This document shows positions 12,283-25,836 of a stretch of DNA of 64,000 nt, piece after piece. Position 1 is the stretch's first letter. Each line of letters begins with the position of its first letter. The notes under the pieces were generated by a model. The model was not told the DNA's origin and did no database searches. It saw only the letters and a list, made by a program, of their open reading frames with translations. This DNA comes from Leucoraja ocellata. Taxonomy: Eukaryota. The translations under genes were made by a program, and so were the position numbers. The stretch is from contig JAWMAR010000084.1 in the NCBI GenBank assembly GCA_036785375.1, positions 1,364,001-1,428,000 on the forward strand, read 5' to 3'.

Positions 12283-12661
12283 AACCATATAACCATATAA
12301 CAATTACAGCACGGAAACAGGCCATCTCGGCCCTACAAGTCCATGCCGAACAAATTTTTTTTCCCCTTAGTCCCACCTGCCTGCACTCGTACCATAACCC
12401 TCCATTCCCTTCTCATCCATATGCCTATCCAATTTATTTTTAAATGATACCAATGAACCTGCCTCCACCACTTCCACTGGGAGCTCATTCCACACCGCCA
12501 CCACTCTCTGCGTAAAGAAGTTCCCCCTCATATTACCCCTAAACTTCTGTCCCTTAATTCTGAAGTCATGTCCTTTTGTTTGAATCTTCCCTATTCTCAA
12601 AGGGAAAAGCTTGTCCACATCAACTCTGTCTATCCCTCTCATCATTTTAAAGACCTCTATC
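12283..12661 (-). mobile_element. CR1 LINE 3' fragment
   Basis: Encodes IEVFKMMRGIDRVD...NFFTQRVVAVWNELP. The + strand shows a TAACCATA repeat tail. Confidence 0.85.
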
Positions 12662-12980
12662 ATTTTTGAGAACAAAAGTCCTTTCTAGATGTGTCAGAGA
12701 GAAAGGTGAATTTTCTGTTTTTTAAATAGCAGACCTATTAACAAATCTTTTAAAGTATAGGATGTCATCAAAAATAAGAGCAGGTTTTAGAAATACAACC
12801 CCTCAAGCCTGTTGCTTCATTCAATGTTAATGGCTTAACTTGACTTGCAGATCATTTAGCATTCTTTAAAAATTTAAAAAAATGATTTTAATGTTTAAAG
12901 CAGTGATAGGGATAAAGATTTCCCCAAAAAAATCATTCTTAGTGAAGCAATGTTTCATAACTTATAAAGAGTATCATGTA

Positions 12981-13085
12981 CCTACCCCCCTCTCTCTCCC
13001 CGTCTCCCTCTCTCCCCCTCTTCCCTAAACCTCCTTTTCCCTCCACCCCTCCCCTACCCCCTCCCCTCCACCCCATCCCTCCCCA
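12981..13085. repeat. C/T-rich low-complexity tract
   Basis: About 100 bp of CCCCT and CTCT runs, which is G-run rich on the - strand. Confidence 0.7.
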
Positions 13086-13744
13086 TTGAAGAAGTAGAAG
13101 AAAGCATCTCAATATAGAAACAAGAATTCTAAACAGTTTATAGATTTATAGATTAAAGCGGTTTATAGATTTTAGATTTGAGATCTGCAGCTGGAAGTTT
13201 AAAAAATATTTAAACCTTTATAGCTAGAAGTAGCCAAAAGGAACGATGGTGACTAAAACCAAGAGAGCCTTCAGATTTTTTCCCCGTGCGTTTTTGAGGA
13301 GAAAAATAGGATTGGGTTAATATTTCTCCCTTTTGCAACTATTACTTTGTGCATTCACTTCAGAATTTTAAGTATTCTCCATCCAAAAGATTGGAGCAGT
13401 CGTGTGAGGGCATACCTAAGTGCTGAGGCATTAAGCATAGATCTTGATGCTGTTGCAAAACTTGCCTTGTGCTTTCGAAAATTAGACAGAAGGTAGTATA
13501 AACATACCAATCTATGCAAGGTATCTATTGGGAATGTTTAGCACCAATAAATAGCGCATATCAAATGCAAATTCAAAATCTGTGGCTATAATTTAAAAAA
13601 AATTGTGTATATATTAAAAATTGTGTATTTATCGTAAATATGTATTCTGAAGCAATTTACATATATAAATCAGTTTTAACAGTTGGATTTTATTATCTGT
13701 TTAAAATAGTTGATGTAGCATACCTGTGATTGTATTTTGATCAG

Positions 13745-13854
13745 GTAACATTCATGCCTATACAAACGGAGGTACAACATACACCCATATTTACCGTCGG
13801 CGCCGACACATGAATGAAAGGGCAGAAGAGGAAGAGCCAGAGCACAGAATCCAG
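13745..13854 (+). CDS. DNAJC18: DNAJC18 internal coding exon
   Basis: Acceptor ttttgatcag| and donor CCAG|gtagtg. The 110 bp continue the previous exon's frame: GNIHAYTNGGTTYTHIYRRRRHMNERAEEEEPEHRIQ. Not in the ORF track. Confidence 0.88.
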
Positions 13855-14313
13855 GTAGTGTTACATTTTTAGGAGGTTGGGTAGATGAGATTTCATAACA
13901 CGAAGAAGCGAAGTGGCTTGTACGGTTAATTGTCCGTAGATAGATACAGTCTTTTCATTGTTAGGATTAAACCCTAAAAGCACTCTATTCCTAAATAGGA
14001 AAGGCAAATTAATGCTTAAAAAATCAATTTCACGTTGAGTGCCTTTGGTCATACGTTGCAGATGAAACCTCTGCAAATATCATGAATTTAAATCTGGTAA
14101 AATATATTAACTACAGCAGTAGGATTTGCCTCGCCTTCTCTGCTTGAATATTGCTACTGACAAAAGAAGAAAATGAAGCCGCCTTTGTTATAAATTATTT
14201 GGCGTTTTGCCTGCTAAAGAACTGGGGAGTGAGATAGTTTTAAACAAAGGATATTGTATCATCAATAGCCATGGGTGAGGTGCCAAAAGAATGTAGGGTG
14301 GGAGGCTCTGCCT

Positions 14314-14680
14314 CATAGAAACATAGAAAATAGGTGCATGAGTAGGCCATTCAGCCCTTCGAGCCAGCACCGCCTTTCAACAGTATCCCGATCCTGCTTT
14401 CTCCCCTTTATCCCTTGATTCCGTTAGTCCTAAGAGCTATATCTAACTTTTGAAAACATGCAGTGGCAGAGAATTCCACAGATTCACAGCTTTCTGGGTG
14501 AAAAAGTGTTTCCTCATCTCAGTCCTAAATGGCCTACCCCTTATTCTTAAACTGTGACGCCTGATCTGGACTCCCCCAACATCGGGAATTTTTTTCTTGT
14601 ATCTAGCCTGTCCGTTCCCTTAAGAATTTTATATGTTTCTATAAGATCCCATCCTTCCAAATTCCAGTGAATATAAGCTC
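14314..14680 (-). mobile_element. CR1 LINE 3' fragment
   Basis: CATAGAAACATAGAAA tail on the + strand and similarity to the 4526-5281 copy. Confidence 0.8.
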
Positions 14681-16570
14681 CATTTAAGAAAAGGTTAGAA
14701 GGAAAAGCCTAGGAATTACAGTTGGGTGAGCTTAACAACAGTGATGGGAAAGCTATTGATGGGGATTCTGAGAGACTGGATGTGCATGTATTTGGAAAGT
14801 CAATGGCTGATCAGGGATAATTAGCATGGCTCTATGTGGGGGAAATTATGTCTCACGAATTTGGTTGAGATTTTAGAAGACGTGACCAAAGATATTGGTG
14901 AAAGCAGTGTGCTGGATGTTGTTTATGTGGACTGGAGCAAGGCCTTTGAAAGGTACCCTGTGATAAGCAGGTTTGGAAGGTTAAATCATGTGATCTAGAG
15001 TGAGCTAGCTAATTAGACATAAAATTAGCATGGAGGTTGACGATAGTGGGTGATGGGAAAGGTTTTTTTCAGATTGGAAACCTGTAGCAGGTTGAGAGCC
15101 ACACTGTCCATTTTTGTTTGATATTTATCTGAACAATTTGGATATGAATATAGGTGTCATGGATTGTAAGTTTGCAGATGTCATTTTAAAATTGTGATAT
15201 TATGGATAGTGAAGAAGGTTATCTAAGATTATAATGGGGTCTTCATCAACTGGAGCATAGTAGTTTCTGGTGAATTGGGGAATAGATGGAGATTAATGCA
15301 GATAAATGCGAGGTGTGGCATTTTGATAAGAAAAAACAAGGCTAAATTTTAATAGTAAATGGTTGGGACCTGGGGGGGGGGGACTTTAATTCTTACTTTA
15401 ATTTAATTATTTAATTCTTAGTCCCCTACCTGGTCGGAGAGGCGGGGAGCGGGCAATGCCTTACCGGGTCGCGTGCAGTAAGCTCCGGAGCGCTGTGGCA
15501 GCCGACTCCCAACATCGCGGAGCTGGGGCTGCGGGCTTCCAGCCGCGGGCGGCGCCGGTTGGAGCTCCGACCCCGGCAACTCTACCCCTGGCTGCGCGGC
15601 GCTCCAAATCCAGCGCCGCCCGCGGCCGGACGCCCGCAGCCCCAGCTCTGCGATGTTGGGAGTCGGCGGCCACAGCGCTCCGGACCTTACCGCACAGCGA
15701 CCTGGTAAGGCATTGCCCGCACCCCGCTGGTATCCCAGCGCTGTGGCCGCCGACTCTCAACATTGCGGAGCTAGGGCTGCGGGCATTTGGCCTTCCAAAC
15801 CAACTGACTAACATTTAAGCAATGATTTACAATGATTCCCCGGTCTCCGGGGAGGAGGCAGTCGCTCCAGACTTTTCAAGCCGCCTAATCTACCTACCTA
15901 ATCTACGCTAAAAATCTTCCATTCCGAAATCCGAAAAATTCCAAAATCCGAGAAGTGTCTGGTCCCAAGGCTTTCGGATTAAAGGTTGTGCACCTGTACA
16001 TGGTTTAGGACATAGTCCCATGAAATTGATGACATGGGTAGATAAGGTGCTGAAGGAGGAGTTTGGCAATCTTGCCTTCATTGGTCAGGGTATGGAATAC
16101 AGGAGTTGGGGCAGTAAGGGTATATTTGGAGTACAGTGTATAGTTCTGGTTGCTCTGCTACAGGATGGATGTTATTAAACTCGCAGGGTGCAAAATAAAT
16201 TACTAGGATGTTGCCAGGACTAAAGGGTATAAGTTAAAATATGAAGCTGGATAGGCTGGGTCTTCTTTTACATGCACTGTAGGAGGCTGAGGAGTGATCT
16301 TTGTAGAGGTATATCACATCACGAAGGGCATAGATAAAGTGAATAGCCACAGTTTTTTTTCCTTGAGTAGGGGAGGCTCAAACTAGAGGTTTTAGGTTTA
16401 AGGCTAGAGGGGAAAATTTAAAGGAGATTTGTCAAATTATTTCACACAGAGAATGATACATATATGGAACCAGATGTCACAGGAAGTGGAAGTAGTACAG
16501 TTATCACCTTAAAATACACTTACACCAGTAGATGGATAAAAAGAGGTTTGGAGAGATATGGGCCAAAGTA
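14681..16570 (+). mobile_element. Old degenerate CR1 LINE (RT region) interrupted by a DNA element
   Basis: Recognisable remnants of SKAF, KFAD and C-terminal CR1 motifs, with many stops and frameshifts. Confidence 0.7.
15383..15996. mobile_element. Tigger/pogo-like non-autonomous DNA element (right end only) with long internal inverted repeat
   Basis: Terminus ...TTCGGATTAAAGGTTGTGCACCTG|TA. A GC-rich inverted repeat spans 15449-15720. The left TIR was not found. Confidence 0.55.
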
Positions 16571-16828
16571 TAGTTGAGTTTGTGGAAAGGGCTTATAAAA
16601 ATCACTGCACCTGATGATTAAGAAATATGAGAATTCTGCGAAGGAGGATTAAGGCATTGAAAAGGAAATAGAAACAAATAAAAAAACTAGGGTAGATTTG
16701 GCGAGAAATGTAAAATGCAAATTGTAAGAACTTCCATAGAGTCATTAAGTTTATTCATGGTAAAGATCATATTCCTTGACACCCCAAATATCTAAAATAT
16801 CTGACCATTTTCCTCTCACATTTCGCAG

Positions 16829-16938
16829 GGTACTTATTCTGCATTTCTGCAGCTATTACCAATCTTTCTATTAATTCTTGTGTCGGTAGTTGCTCAATTG
16901 ATGGTGACCAATCCTCCTTATAGTCTTCACTACAAACC
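16829..16938 (+). CDS. DNAJC18: DNAJC18 exon encoding the transmembrane segment
   Basis: Acceptor tttcgcag| and donor AAACC|gtaagt. The 110 bp give [37 protein letters not shown], a hydrophobic helix followed by the family NPPYSL motif. Confidence 0.9.
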
Positions 16939-16969
16939 GTAAGTTTGTTTTTGAATTCAATCATTTTTG

Positions 16970-19370
16970 TTTAGGTCTATTATTGTCACATGTATCAAGG
17001 TACAATGAAAAGCTTTGTTTTGCAGAAACAGGTCAGATATACCATACATGGATACAATCAAGTCAAATTCATGTACAACAGACAGAGGAAAGGAGAAGTG
17101 TTCAAGAAGGAACTGCAGATGCTGGAAAATCGAAGGTACACTAAAAAAGCTGGAGAAACTCAGCGGGTGCAGCAGCATCTATGGAGCGAAGGAAATAGGC
17201 AACATTTCGGGCCGAAACCCTTCTTCAGACCTCTTAGAGATCTGCTGCACCCGCTGAGTTTCTCCAGCTTTTTTTGTGTACCAGAGGAAAGGAGAACATG
17301 GGCAAGTTAGGCTGAGGGACCTGTTTCCATGCTGTTTCACTCTGTAAAGAGTGCAGAATATAATTCTCAGCATTGTAGCGCATCAGTGCCATAGACAGTC
17401 CAATGTCTTCAATGGGGTAGAGGTGAATCAAAATTATTTAAATAATCTGTAATGCATCAGTTCCATTGACAGTATCCTCGTTTATGGAAGGACTGGTCAG
17501 TAGCCTGATAACAGAGGGGAAGAAGATTTGCCTGAGTCTGGTTTTCAAGTCCAGAGTTTAAGCTTCTGTACCTTCTGCCAGAAGGGAGCAGGGACAGAAG
17601 GAATGACCAGGATGGTTACGTTGGCTGCTTTTCTGAGGCAGCATGGTGTAGATGGAATCAATGGTGGGACGTCTGGTCTGTGATGGACTGAGCTACATCT
17701 ACAATTGTCTGCAATTTCTCTTGGTCGAGGGCAGAGCTGATCCCAAACCAAGCTGCGATGCAACCTGGCAGTATGCTTTCTATGATGCATCTGTGGAAGT
17801 TTGTAAGAGCCACTCGAGACTTGCTGAATTTCCGCAGTCTCATCAGGAAGTAGAAGCGTAGGTGTGCCTTGTGTAGGAAGGAACTGCAGATGCTGGTTTA
17901 AACCGAAGATGGACACAAAATGCTGCACTATTTCTTGGAGATGCTGGATTGCCTTCTTGGTTGTCGCATAAAAGTAGTTGATCCACCACAGATCATTAGT
18001 AATATTATCGCCAAGGAACTTAAAGCTCTCAACGATTTTCACTTCGACAACATTGATGCTGATTGGGGCATGTATTCCACCATGACATCAATAATTTGGT
18101 TCTTTGTTTTTCTGACATTGAAGGAGAAGTGTTTATTGACCTGACACCATGTCACTAAGTTGACTATCTCCTTCCTGTACTCCGTCTCATCATTGTTCAT
18201 GATTTAGCGCATCACAGTGGTGCCGTCTACAAATTTGTAGATGCAATTAGAGCCAAATTGGGCCATAGAGTTGTGTGTATAGGAAGCACAGTAGGAAATT
18301 GAGAATTTGGCATTCTTGTGGGGCACTGAATGTCAACAAATATTGTGAAGGAGGTGGTGCTCCTATCCTCACTGATTGAGATCTGTGGGTTCGGAACGCG
18401 AGGATCCAGTAGCAGAGGGGGGAGCAGATTCCTATGTGCTGGTGTTTGGAGATGAGTTTGAATGGAATTGTGTTGAAGAACTATAGTTGATAAATAGGAG
18501 TCTAACTTGTGGTCTAGGTGTTCCGGAGATTAATTTAGGGTCGGGGAGAAAGTGTCTGCTCTGGGTCTGTTGCAATGGTAAGCAAATTGCAATGGATCAA
18601 GGCTGGCTGGGAGGCTGAAGTTAATGTGCGCCATCACCAGTCTCTCAAAGCACTTCATGATAGTGGATATCAAACCCACCAGACGATATGCATTAAGGCA
18701 CTCTAGCTTTTTTTCAGCGCTGGGATGATGGTGGTCTTTTTCAAATGGGTAAGATGTAAGGTGTCTATGAATACCTCTGCATACTAATCCACACGGGTCC
18801 TGGGTTTGCGGCCAGTGACTTCATCCAGACTAGTTGCTTTCCGCACATTCACTTTTGGTAAAGTTGGTTTTGGCACAGGCGCTCCTGAGACTGCCGAGGC
18901 AGGTGGCATTCCACACCAACCTTGGGTTCAAGGCAGGCATAATATGCATTGAGTACATCGGGGAGGGCCCCATTGTTGCCAGCGATACAGCCCGCCTTTG
19001 TTATAATGTGCAAGCCCTGCCACAATCTACGGGTATGCATGTCATTACTTTGAGACTCCGGCTTGGTCTGGAATTTCCTCTTAGCATTCTTAATGGCACT
19101 GTGATGGTGGTAGATAGATTTCTGGTACTCTGGGTCATTTGACTTGAATGCTGCAGACTTGGACTTCATCTGGTAGTGGACCTTGCCTGGTTCCTGTTTG
19201 GGGAATAGATTTATCATCATCTTCAGTACATAGTCCCCTACACAGATTGTCTGTGACAGCTGTAGCATAATCATCTAGATTAGCCTCAGACATCTTGAAT
19301 ACAGACTCGTCCACTGACTTAAAGCAATCGCAAAGGGTGTCATCTGTTTCCTTGTACCAGCAGTTTTATA
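16970..19370 (-). mobile_element. Degenerate Rex1/Babar-like LINE (about 2.4 kb) with nested insertions
   Basis: Encodes VESFKFLG, RLRKFSKSRVALTNFHRCIIESILPGCIAAWFG and RRLWQGLHIIT. Confidence 0.78.
17098..17281. mobile_element. Penelope-derived fold-back element
   Basis: 15-bp TSD CAGAGGAAAGGAGAA (17083-17097 and 17282-17296), inverted arms, and a hammerhead-like core on the - strand at 17201-17228. Confidence 0.75.
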
Positions 19371-19759
19371 TATTTGCATCTAAATGGGTTTTTTTTTTTT
19401 TAATCTTGCATTTTAAACTAAAAATAAAAAAAGGATTGAAGAAAATGCATTCAAGTAATATAATTTGAATGTTGGTAACTAATTTACAATGTCTCATAGA
19501 TTACTAGATTTGCCTAAAGACTGCTCTTGTTTGTTTGAACTGAACCTTGGACAAGTTTTGTCTAGATTGTGCTTGGAGAAATTGGTGCTCTGAGAAAATG
19601 ATGATGCTTAAGTTCCTTTTATCGATGACATGAAGGTTGAATGCAGTCTACATAATCAGTGGTTGTCAGACAAATTGAGATTTTGATTTAAAACATTTTA
19701 AAAACAGATTTAAATAATTTACATGGAAAACCATAATTAGATACATTAAAATGAATCAT

Positions 19760-20140
19760 AGATTCAAAGATTCAAGAGACATTTAACATCACATGCACCA
19801 ATTGGTACAGTGGAATCTGGGGTTACCATACAGCCATACGAATAAAAAAGAACACGGAACACGATAGTCTTTAACATAAACATCCCCACACAGCGGAATC
19901 AAAGTTTCCCATTGTGTGGGAAGGCCTAAAGTTCAGTCATCCTCCTCTTTGATGTCCTTTGATGTTCACCCATGGTCGGGGCCTCCAGAGCCCTCTGTAG
20001 TCGCCGCTACGGGCGGCCCGATGTTCAGGCCCACTCTCCGGGATGATGGAACTCCGACGTCCAATTGGAGTTCCGAATCGACCACTTCCTACCGGAGACC
20101 ACGGCTCCCGAAGTCCACAGGCCGAGCTGGGCGGAGATTC
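19760..20140 (-). mobile_element. 5'-truncated relative of the GC-rich retroposon family
   Basis: Shares CATCCCCACACAGC.GAATCAAAGTTTCCC and GCTACGGGCGGCCCGATGT with copies 1 and 2. The + strand shows a GATTCAA repeat tail. Confidence 0.65.
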
Positions 20141-20931
20141 ACGCTTTATTGCATGTTTTAAATCCCCCACGGGGTTAGTGAACCTATCCAGATGCTAGTC
20201 CCATTGTAAAACTGAGGGGTCGCCTGCCAATTACATCTGCAACATTTCCTCACATGTCACTGCATCACCAACATATGACTTTCAGAACATTTCAAGCTTT
20301 TGTTTTGTGACATTGCTTAAGCATAAATCAGAGTTTAAGCTGAGTGTTGAATGGAAGGAAACTGCCATCTAACAATCAGGAAATTCAGACACAAGTAACT
20401 GCAAATGCTGGTTCACAAAAAGGTACACAAAGTGCTGGAGTATCAGCGGGTCAGATAGTATCTCTGGAGAACATCGAAATTCAGCTTGTTATTTGTTTTT
20501 TGTAGACGTAGTGCCACCACAAGATGGCAGAGTTACTGCTTAATTGCATTGCTGGATGTTGAAATGACATGCTGAGAAACTGCTCTTAAAATTACGGCAG
20601 AGATGTTTATCACTGAACTGCTATGAAGTTCCACCAAAATACAGACCTTAATGTAGTTTTTGGCCAAGAGTAAAATTTATACAAATAAATCCAGTCCAAC
20701 TCCATTGTCAGAACTAACATCGTCATAATGTTTACATTGCATACCAATGTTATAAAAAGTCTCAACGTCGGATTCCCCATGTTCCACTCAACGTGGGAAA
20801 TGTGGCAATATTGTCTTTGTATATTGTTTCTAGGATTAATAAGTATAGCTTATACCTTAATAGTTCAATAAATGTATTAATTTTTATTTAATGTTGCGCC
20901 CTACATGCAGTAATGTATTCCAATTATTCAG

Positions 20932-21104
20932 GTCATTGGGCCACATTCTGTCTAGAGAAACGGAGCATTTAAAAATCACGTATTTTGTCAAGAAAGGCTT
21001 TCAGGAAGAGTACAAAGGCAAATCATTGCAAATTGTGGAAAGTAATGTTGAGAACGACTATATTGATTACCTTCAAAAGAGCTGCTGGAAGGAAAAACAG
21101 CAAA
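20932..21104 (+). CDS. DNAJC18: DNAJC18 exon, DUF1977 luminal domain
   Basis: Acceptor ttattcag| and donor CAAA|gtaagt. The 173 bp give SLGHILSRETEHLKITYFVKKGFQEEYKGKSLQIVESNVENDYIDYLQKSCWKEKQQ. Confidence 0.9.
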
Positions 21105-23188
21105 GTAAGTATGCATTTAAAAGCTGGCGTTTACTAATTAAAGAAATTCTTAATTAATACTGTAATTTTCTTTTATTTCAAAGATTGTTAATCAGTGCAA
21201 ATATGATCACTTGGCCAACTAGATGGCTGCATCAATGTTCAGCTAGAGCACGTGGAAATATATTTAGCGGCCTCAGAATATAATTTGCAATTTAATGTAC
21301 TATGTTTCCAACACTTATCCTCAGACAAGAACTGCAGGTGTATTATTGTGACCAACCATATGGGGGAGCTCGGTGACCATGAGGAGAAATATAGGTCTAT
21401 GCATATTTTGTGTTCAATATTCTTTGTAACTAGTCGGTAATAATATCAATCGTGACTTTCCTTAGTGCAGTCGTCTTCTTCGACTTGGCTATCCCAGTAG
21501 AACATTTATCTTGTTTAAACATCGAATATGAATATCCAATATGAATTTGCTATCAGATTTCTGAGCCAATCACCCCTTTTGCACCCCCTTCTCGGAGATG
21601 TTGCCACGCATATATTCTCTTAGCTCTCCCTCATTTTGGCATTCTATTGTTGCACTTGAATATTTTTGCACTATTTCAGATTGCACTTCAATCTGCACTA
21701 TTCTGCTGCTTAGCATTCATCATATTTATTACAGTAGCTACAGTTAACCTCTATACTGTTTACTCTGAGCTTCATACAAACTAGACATTTCATTGACGCC
21801 AGTGTATATGATAAACTAATCTGAATCGGAACAATATGCATATGTTGATGCAAGTTAAGTTTGACTATATAGGGAATGGCATTGGTTTATTATTTTCAGT
21901 TGTAACATGATACAGTTTTAAAACCTTTGTATTCTATCCAGTGAAATAATATATGAGTATAATCAAGTCACTCACAAGTACAACAGGTAGTGCTAAGAGA
22001 AAAATACAAGTGTGACAAATATAGTGTTACAGCGTTAGTTACGGAGAAAGTACAGATTAAAAGAAAAAGTGCAAGGGCTACAATGAGGTAGGTTTGGAGA
22101 TCAGGACTGCACACTTAGTTTATGATGGACTGTTAAGTAGTAATAATTGTGGGGTAAAGGCGATTCTTGAATCTGGTGGTATATGCTTTCAAGTTTTTGT
22201 ATCTTCTGCCTGACAGGAAAGGGAAGAAGAAGGAATGTCATCCTTAGTTTCCTGAGGAAGTAGAACATTGATGTGCTTTCTTGGCCATAGCTTCAATATG
22301 GCAGGTCCAGGACAGATTGTCGGTGATATTTATGCTTAGAACTTGAAGCTCTTGACCATCTCCACTTTGGCATCATTGATGTTAACTAAAGCGTGTACAC
22401 CACCTCATTTTACTGAAGTCAATAACTAGCTGCTTCATCTTGTAGACATTGAGGGAGAGGTTGTTGTCTTGACACCATGTTACTCAGCTCTCTTGTTACT
22501 GGATTGCATCATGAATTGGGTTACATTGACTTCATTGAAGGGACTTTTGAACTTTCACCCCGTATAAAAGGATGCAAGTTCAACATTTTCAATTAAACGG
22601 GGTACCATTATTTTCTTAGTGCCTGGAGTGTGTAGGTTAAGCAAATGGATCTTGGTATGATATCAGAGTGGAGGAGTTGATCATTTATAATCAAGTACAT
22701 TATTTTATTTCGATCTTTGCATGCCTTGATGGTAGCGCACTTGTGTGGACTAGTGAGATGTATTTATTTTTAATTAAGCCTTTCAGGCGAAAGTTTAAAA
22801 AAAATCCTTCCTTAATCTAACAAATGCACATTGTATTAAAACACAAATTACTGAAAGGACAGTATCTGAAATGTTAACTTTTCCTCCACAGATATTACCT
22901 AGCCTTCAGAGCATGTCCTGCATTTTCTGTTAATATATTGGATTTGCAGCATCCATAACATTCTGTGTTAGCAAAATTGAATTGTTCTGACACGCTTGGG
23001 CCTGTATTCATAACCTTTGATCCGTGCCAAAATAATCTCCATTTGAGTAGATATGCATTGATAATGCTACCTTGGCAGCATCTTTTTGTTTCTAATCCTG
23101 CATGAGACATGTTTATGGGTATATTGTACTACATCTGTGTGTGCAATGAGCACTGTTGTGATTTACTAAGTGTGATTTACTTTTACAG

Positions 23189-23313
23189 AAGCCGATCTGC
23201 TGAATTTGGCAACATTGTACAGGGATGAGCGTCTGAAGCAGAAAGCTGAATCTCTTAAGACAGAGAATTGTGAAAAATTGTCCAGATTTGTTGAACTTCA
23301 AAGGAAAGGATGA
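23189..23313 (+). CDS. DNAJC18: DNAJC18 terminal coding exon
   Basis: Acceptor ttttacag|, then [41 protein letters not shown] and a TGA at 23311-23313. [13 protein letters not shown] matches the DNAJC18 C-terminus as I recall it. Confidence 0.9.
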
Positions 23314-24736
23314 CAAGAACTAGGTTCCCATAAAATCTGGATTGAAATTAACAATGTTCTAAAACTGTTAAGATTTAATTCCTGAACTAAACATACTGGT
23401 TTCCTAACCTTGAAAACAATTTGCAGAGTGTTATCAATCTGTTCAGGATAGTTTTGAATTAAAGCCATGCCAGTGCAACATAGTATATTGCTAAGTTAAA
23501 TTCATGTTTAATAGTTACCATTAAGACTTTTACATAGAGGTTATTTTATATTGTTGGAAATGAGCAGAATGTTAAAAGGACAGTGACATGAAATATCAAC
23601 TGTCTCTCCACAGATACTACCTAATTTTCTGAGCAAAGCCAGTGCTTTTCTTTAACATGCAGTGTTACAGCATCTGTAGTATTTTGAGTTTTTAGCATAA
23701 TTTAATGGCTGTGGTGAAGTGTATTCATTTCGTTGCATTAAATGTGGATAATTTTAATCCGTGCTTCACATTTTGTGCCTGTAACTTCAATTCAGCCTTG
23801 CTGCAGAAGTTTCATATTTTTGACATAAATCACTTAAGCCATTGCTTCAGGATGCAAATTACTTGCCAACTACGTATTAACTGTGAGCAAGTTTAATAGC
23901 TACAAGGTGGAAGTTCATTTTTCATTTTCATATCTAACTTCTAACTGTAATTAAATGCATCACATTTTTTTGGACCCAAATATCTTGCTGTCTGTAAAGA
24001 TAGCAGAGGCACTAACCCCTATTCAGACTCTGAAAAGTCCTCAGATGAGCACTTGAAATATGATCCGAGTTTAAGGATTAATAGAAGGGAAGGAGGATTA
24101 ACCTACCAGCTCTATTCGTAGGGTGGCAAAGATTTGATGAGCCAAATGACCACCACCTATGACATCGATTTTTATGTCTGTGGTTCCTCAGTATTTGCTT
24201 TCTTGAAACCATTCTCAATTTAAGTATTTTCTTCACCATAGATTGTAATAACTGAAGTATTATGTATTCTCTACATCTTTTTTTTGTAGACATGATGTGG
24301 ATGTACTGTGAAACGTCTCGAATCAGAGCTGAAATTACAATCACTGAACTAATAGTTCTGGCAACTTTTTTGCCTCCATATTTTCAGAAGCACTGTCGAT
24401 GCTGTGCATTGGCTTTGTGTTGCTGACTAAAATGCATAAAACAGAATTTCTGAATAATTGGGATTTTGATTAAATGACAAACTTTACTCATTGTAAACAT
24501 GACTATTGAAGCTAATTTTTTTAAAACTCTACGGGGGCATATTTGCATATGGCAATGAACTAGAAAATTACTTTTTCACATGTCTTGCAAGTGTGACTCT
24601 AGGTCTGTAACTAGTGAAGGAATTATGCATATTGATATTTATTTCATGTACATATTTAGAAATATTTATTGAGACTGATCACACAATTGTTTATTACATT
24701 GCATGTAACTAGATTTAAATTTTACATAAATGAACA

Positions 24737-24836
24737 AATAAAGCTTTTATTCTAATTACTGTGATATTTGGAGAAGGATATCTAATACAATCTGTATATC
24801 ATTGTAGAATTATGAAACTTTGAGTGTTGAAATAAA
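24737..24836 (+). promoter_or_regulatory. Candidate DNAJC18 polyadenylation signals (AATAAA at 24737 and 24831)
   Basis: Two AATAAA hexamers end an AT-rich stretch of about 1.5 kb after the stop codon and are followed by T-rich sequence. Confidence 0.5.
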
Positions 24837-25084
24837 GTAATTTTTTTAAAGGTGATCATTATTTTGAATTTTGTTGACTTAAAAAGTATTCCAAAGACGT
24901 ATAGTAACCCGGGTGCATATTAACAGGATTGTGTAAATATTACTTTTCAACTGAAACTAAATAGTGGATTGAGACAATTTTATAACTTCCATCCTCGGCA
25001 GTTCTTGGTTCTTGGGTCCTCCAAAATATTCCAACTGGAATTTAAACTGGAGGTGTTGAACGGAGGGATTAAGCCAGAAAGGGT

Positions 25085-25836
25085 ATAAAGAACACACACT
25101 ATAGAATTTAACATAAAACATCCCCACACAGCAGAATCAAAGTTTCCCACTGTGTGGGAAGGCACCAAAGTCAGTCTCTTCCTCCACTGTTCCCCGTGGT
25201 CAGGGCCTCCCCATGCCCTCCGCAGTTGCAGCTACGGGCGGCCCGATGTCCAGGACCGCTCGCCGGGGTGATACAAGTTCGACGTCGGGGCTGCGGGACA
25301 TCCTCAGCGGCGTGGACACCAGAGTCGGCCCCCTCCTACCGGAGTCGGTGGCTTCCAAAGCGCGCCGGGTGGAGACTGCTGCTGTAGACCCTCTGCAAGG
25401 TGCCCCAGGACTCCACGATGTTGATCAGCGCCGCCTGCATTGGAAGCTCTCAGCACCAGAGCGCCACGATGTTGGAGCAGCGGTCCAATGTTCCGGAGCT
25501 CCAAATGACGACCCAGGTAGGCATCGCCCGCTCCGCGATGACTCCAGCGCTGCGCCGCCGCTGTAGCAGCCCTGGTCCGGTTCCCGGTCCCCGGCAGGAA
25601 AAGCGTTCCGATACAGCTGGTAGGCCGTGAGGTGGGGGGCGAGGACGCGACTCGGAGAAATAGCGCGTCCCCGCCAGGAAGAGACTGGGAAACGGTTTCC
25701 CCCTTACCCTGCCCCCCTCCCCCACATAGAAAAGTTAGTTTCCCCCAACACAAAACTTTAGACTAACTAAAAATAAAAAAAATATTGAAATAACAAGACA
25801 GGCTGTAGGTAGAGGCTGCTGCAGTGCAGCGCCCCC
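25085..25836 (-). mobile_element. Same GC-rich retroposon family, copy 2
   Basis: Highly similar to 800-1567, with the same 5' terminus (...GCAGCGCCCC on the + strand). Confidence 0.75.

Noticed and set aside
9561-23313. Calling the J-protein DNAJB12 or DNAJB14
   Set aside because: The motifs [13 protein letters not shown] and [13 protein letters not shown], and the position upstream of a PROB1-like gene, fit DNAJC18 better.
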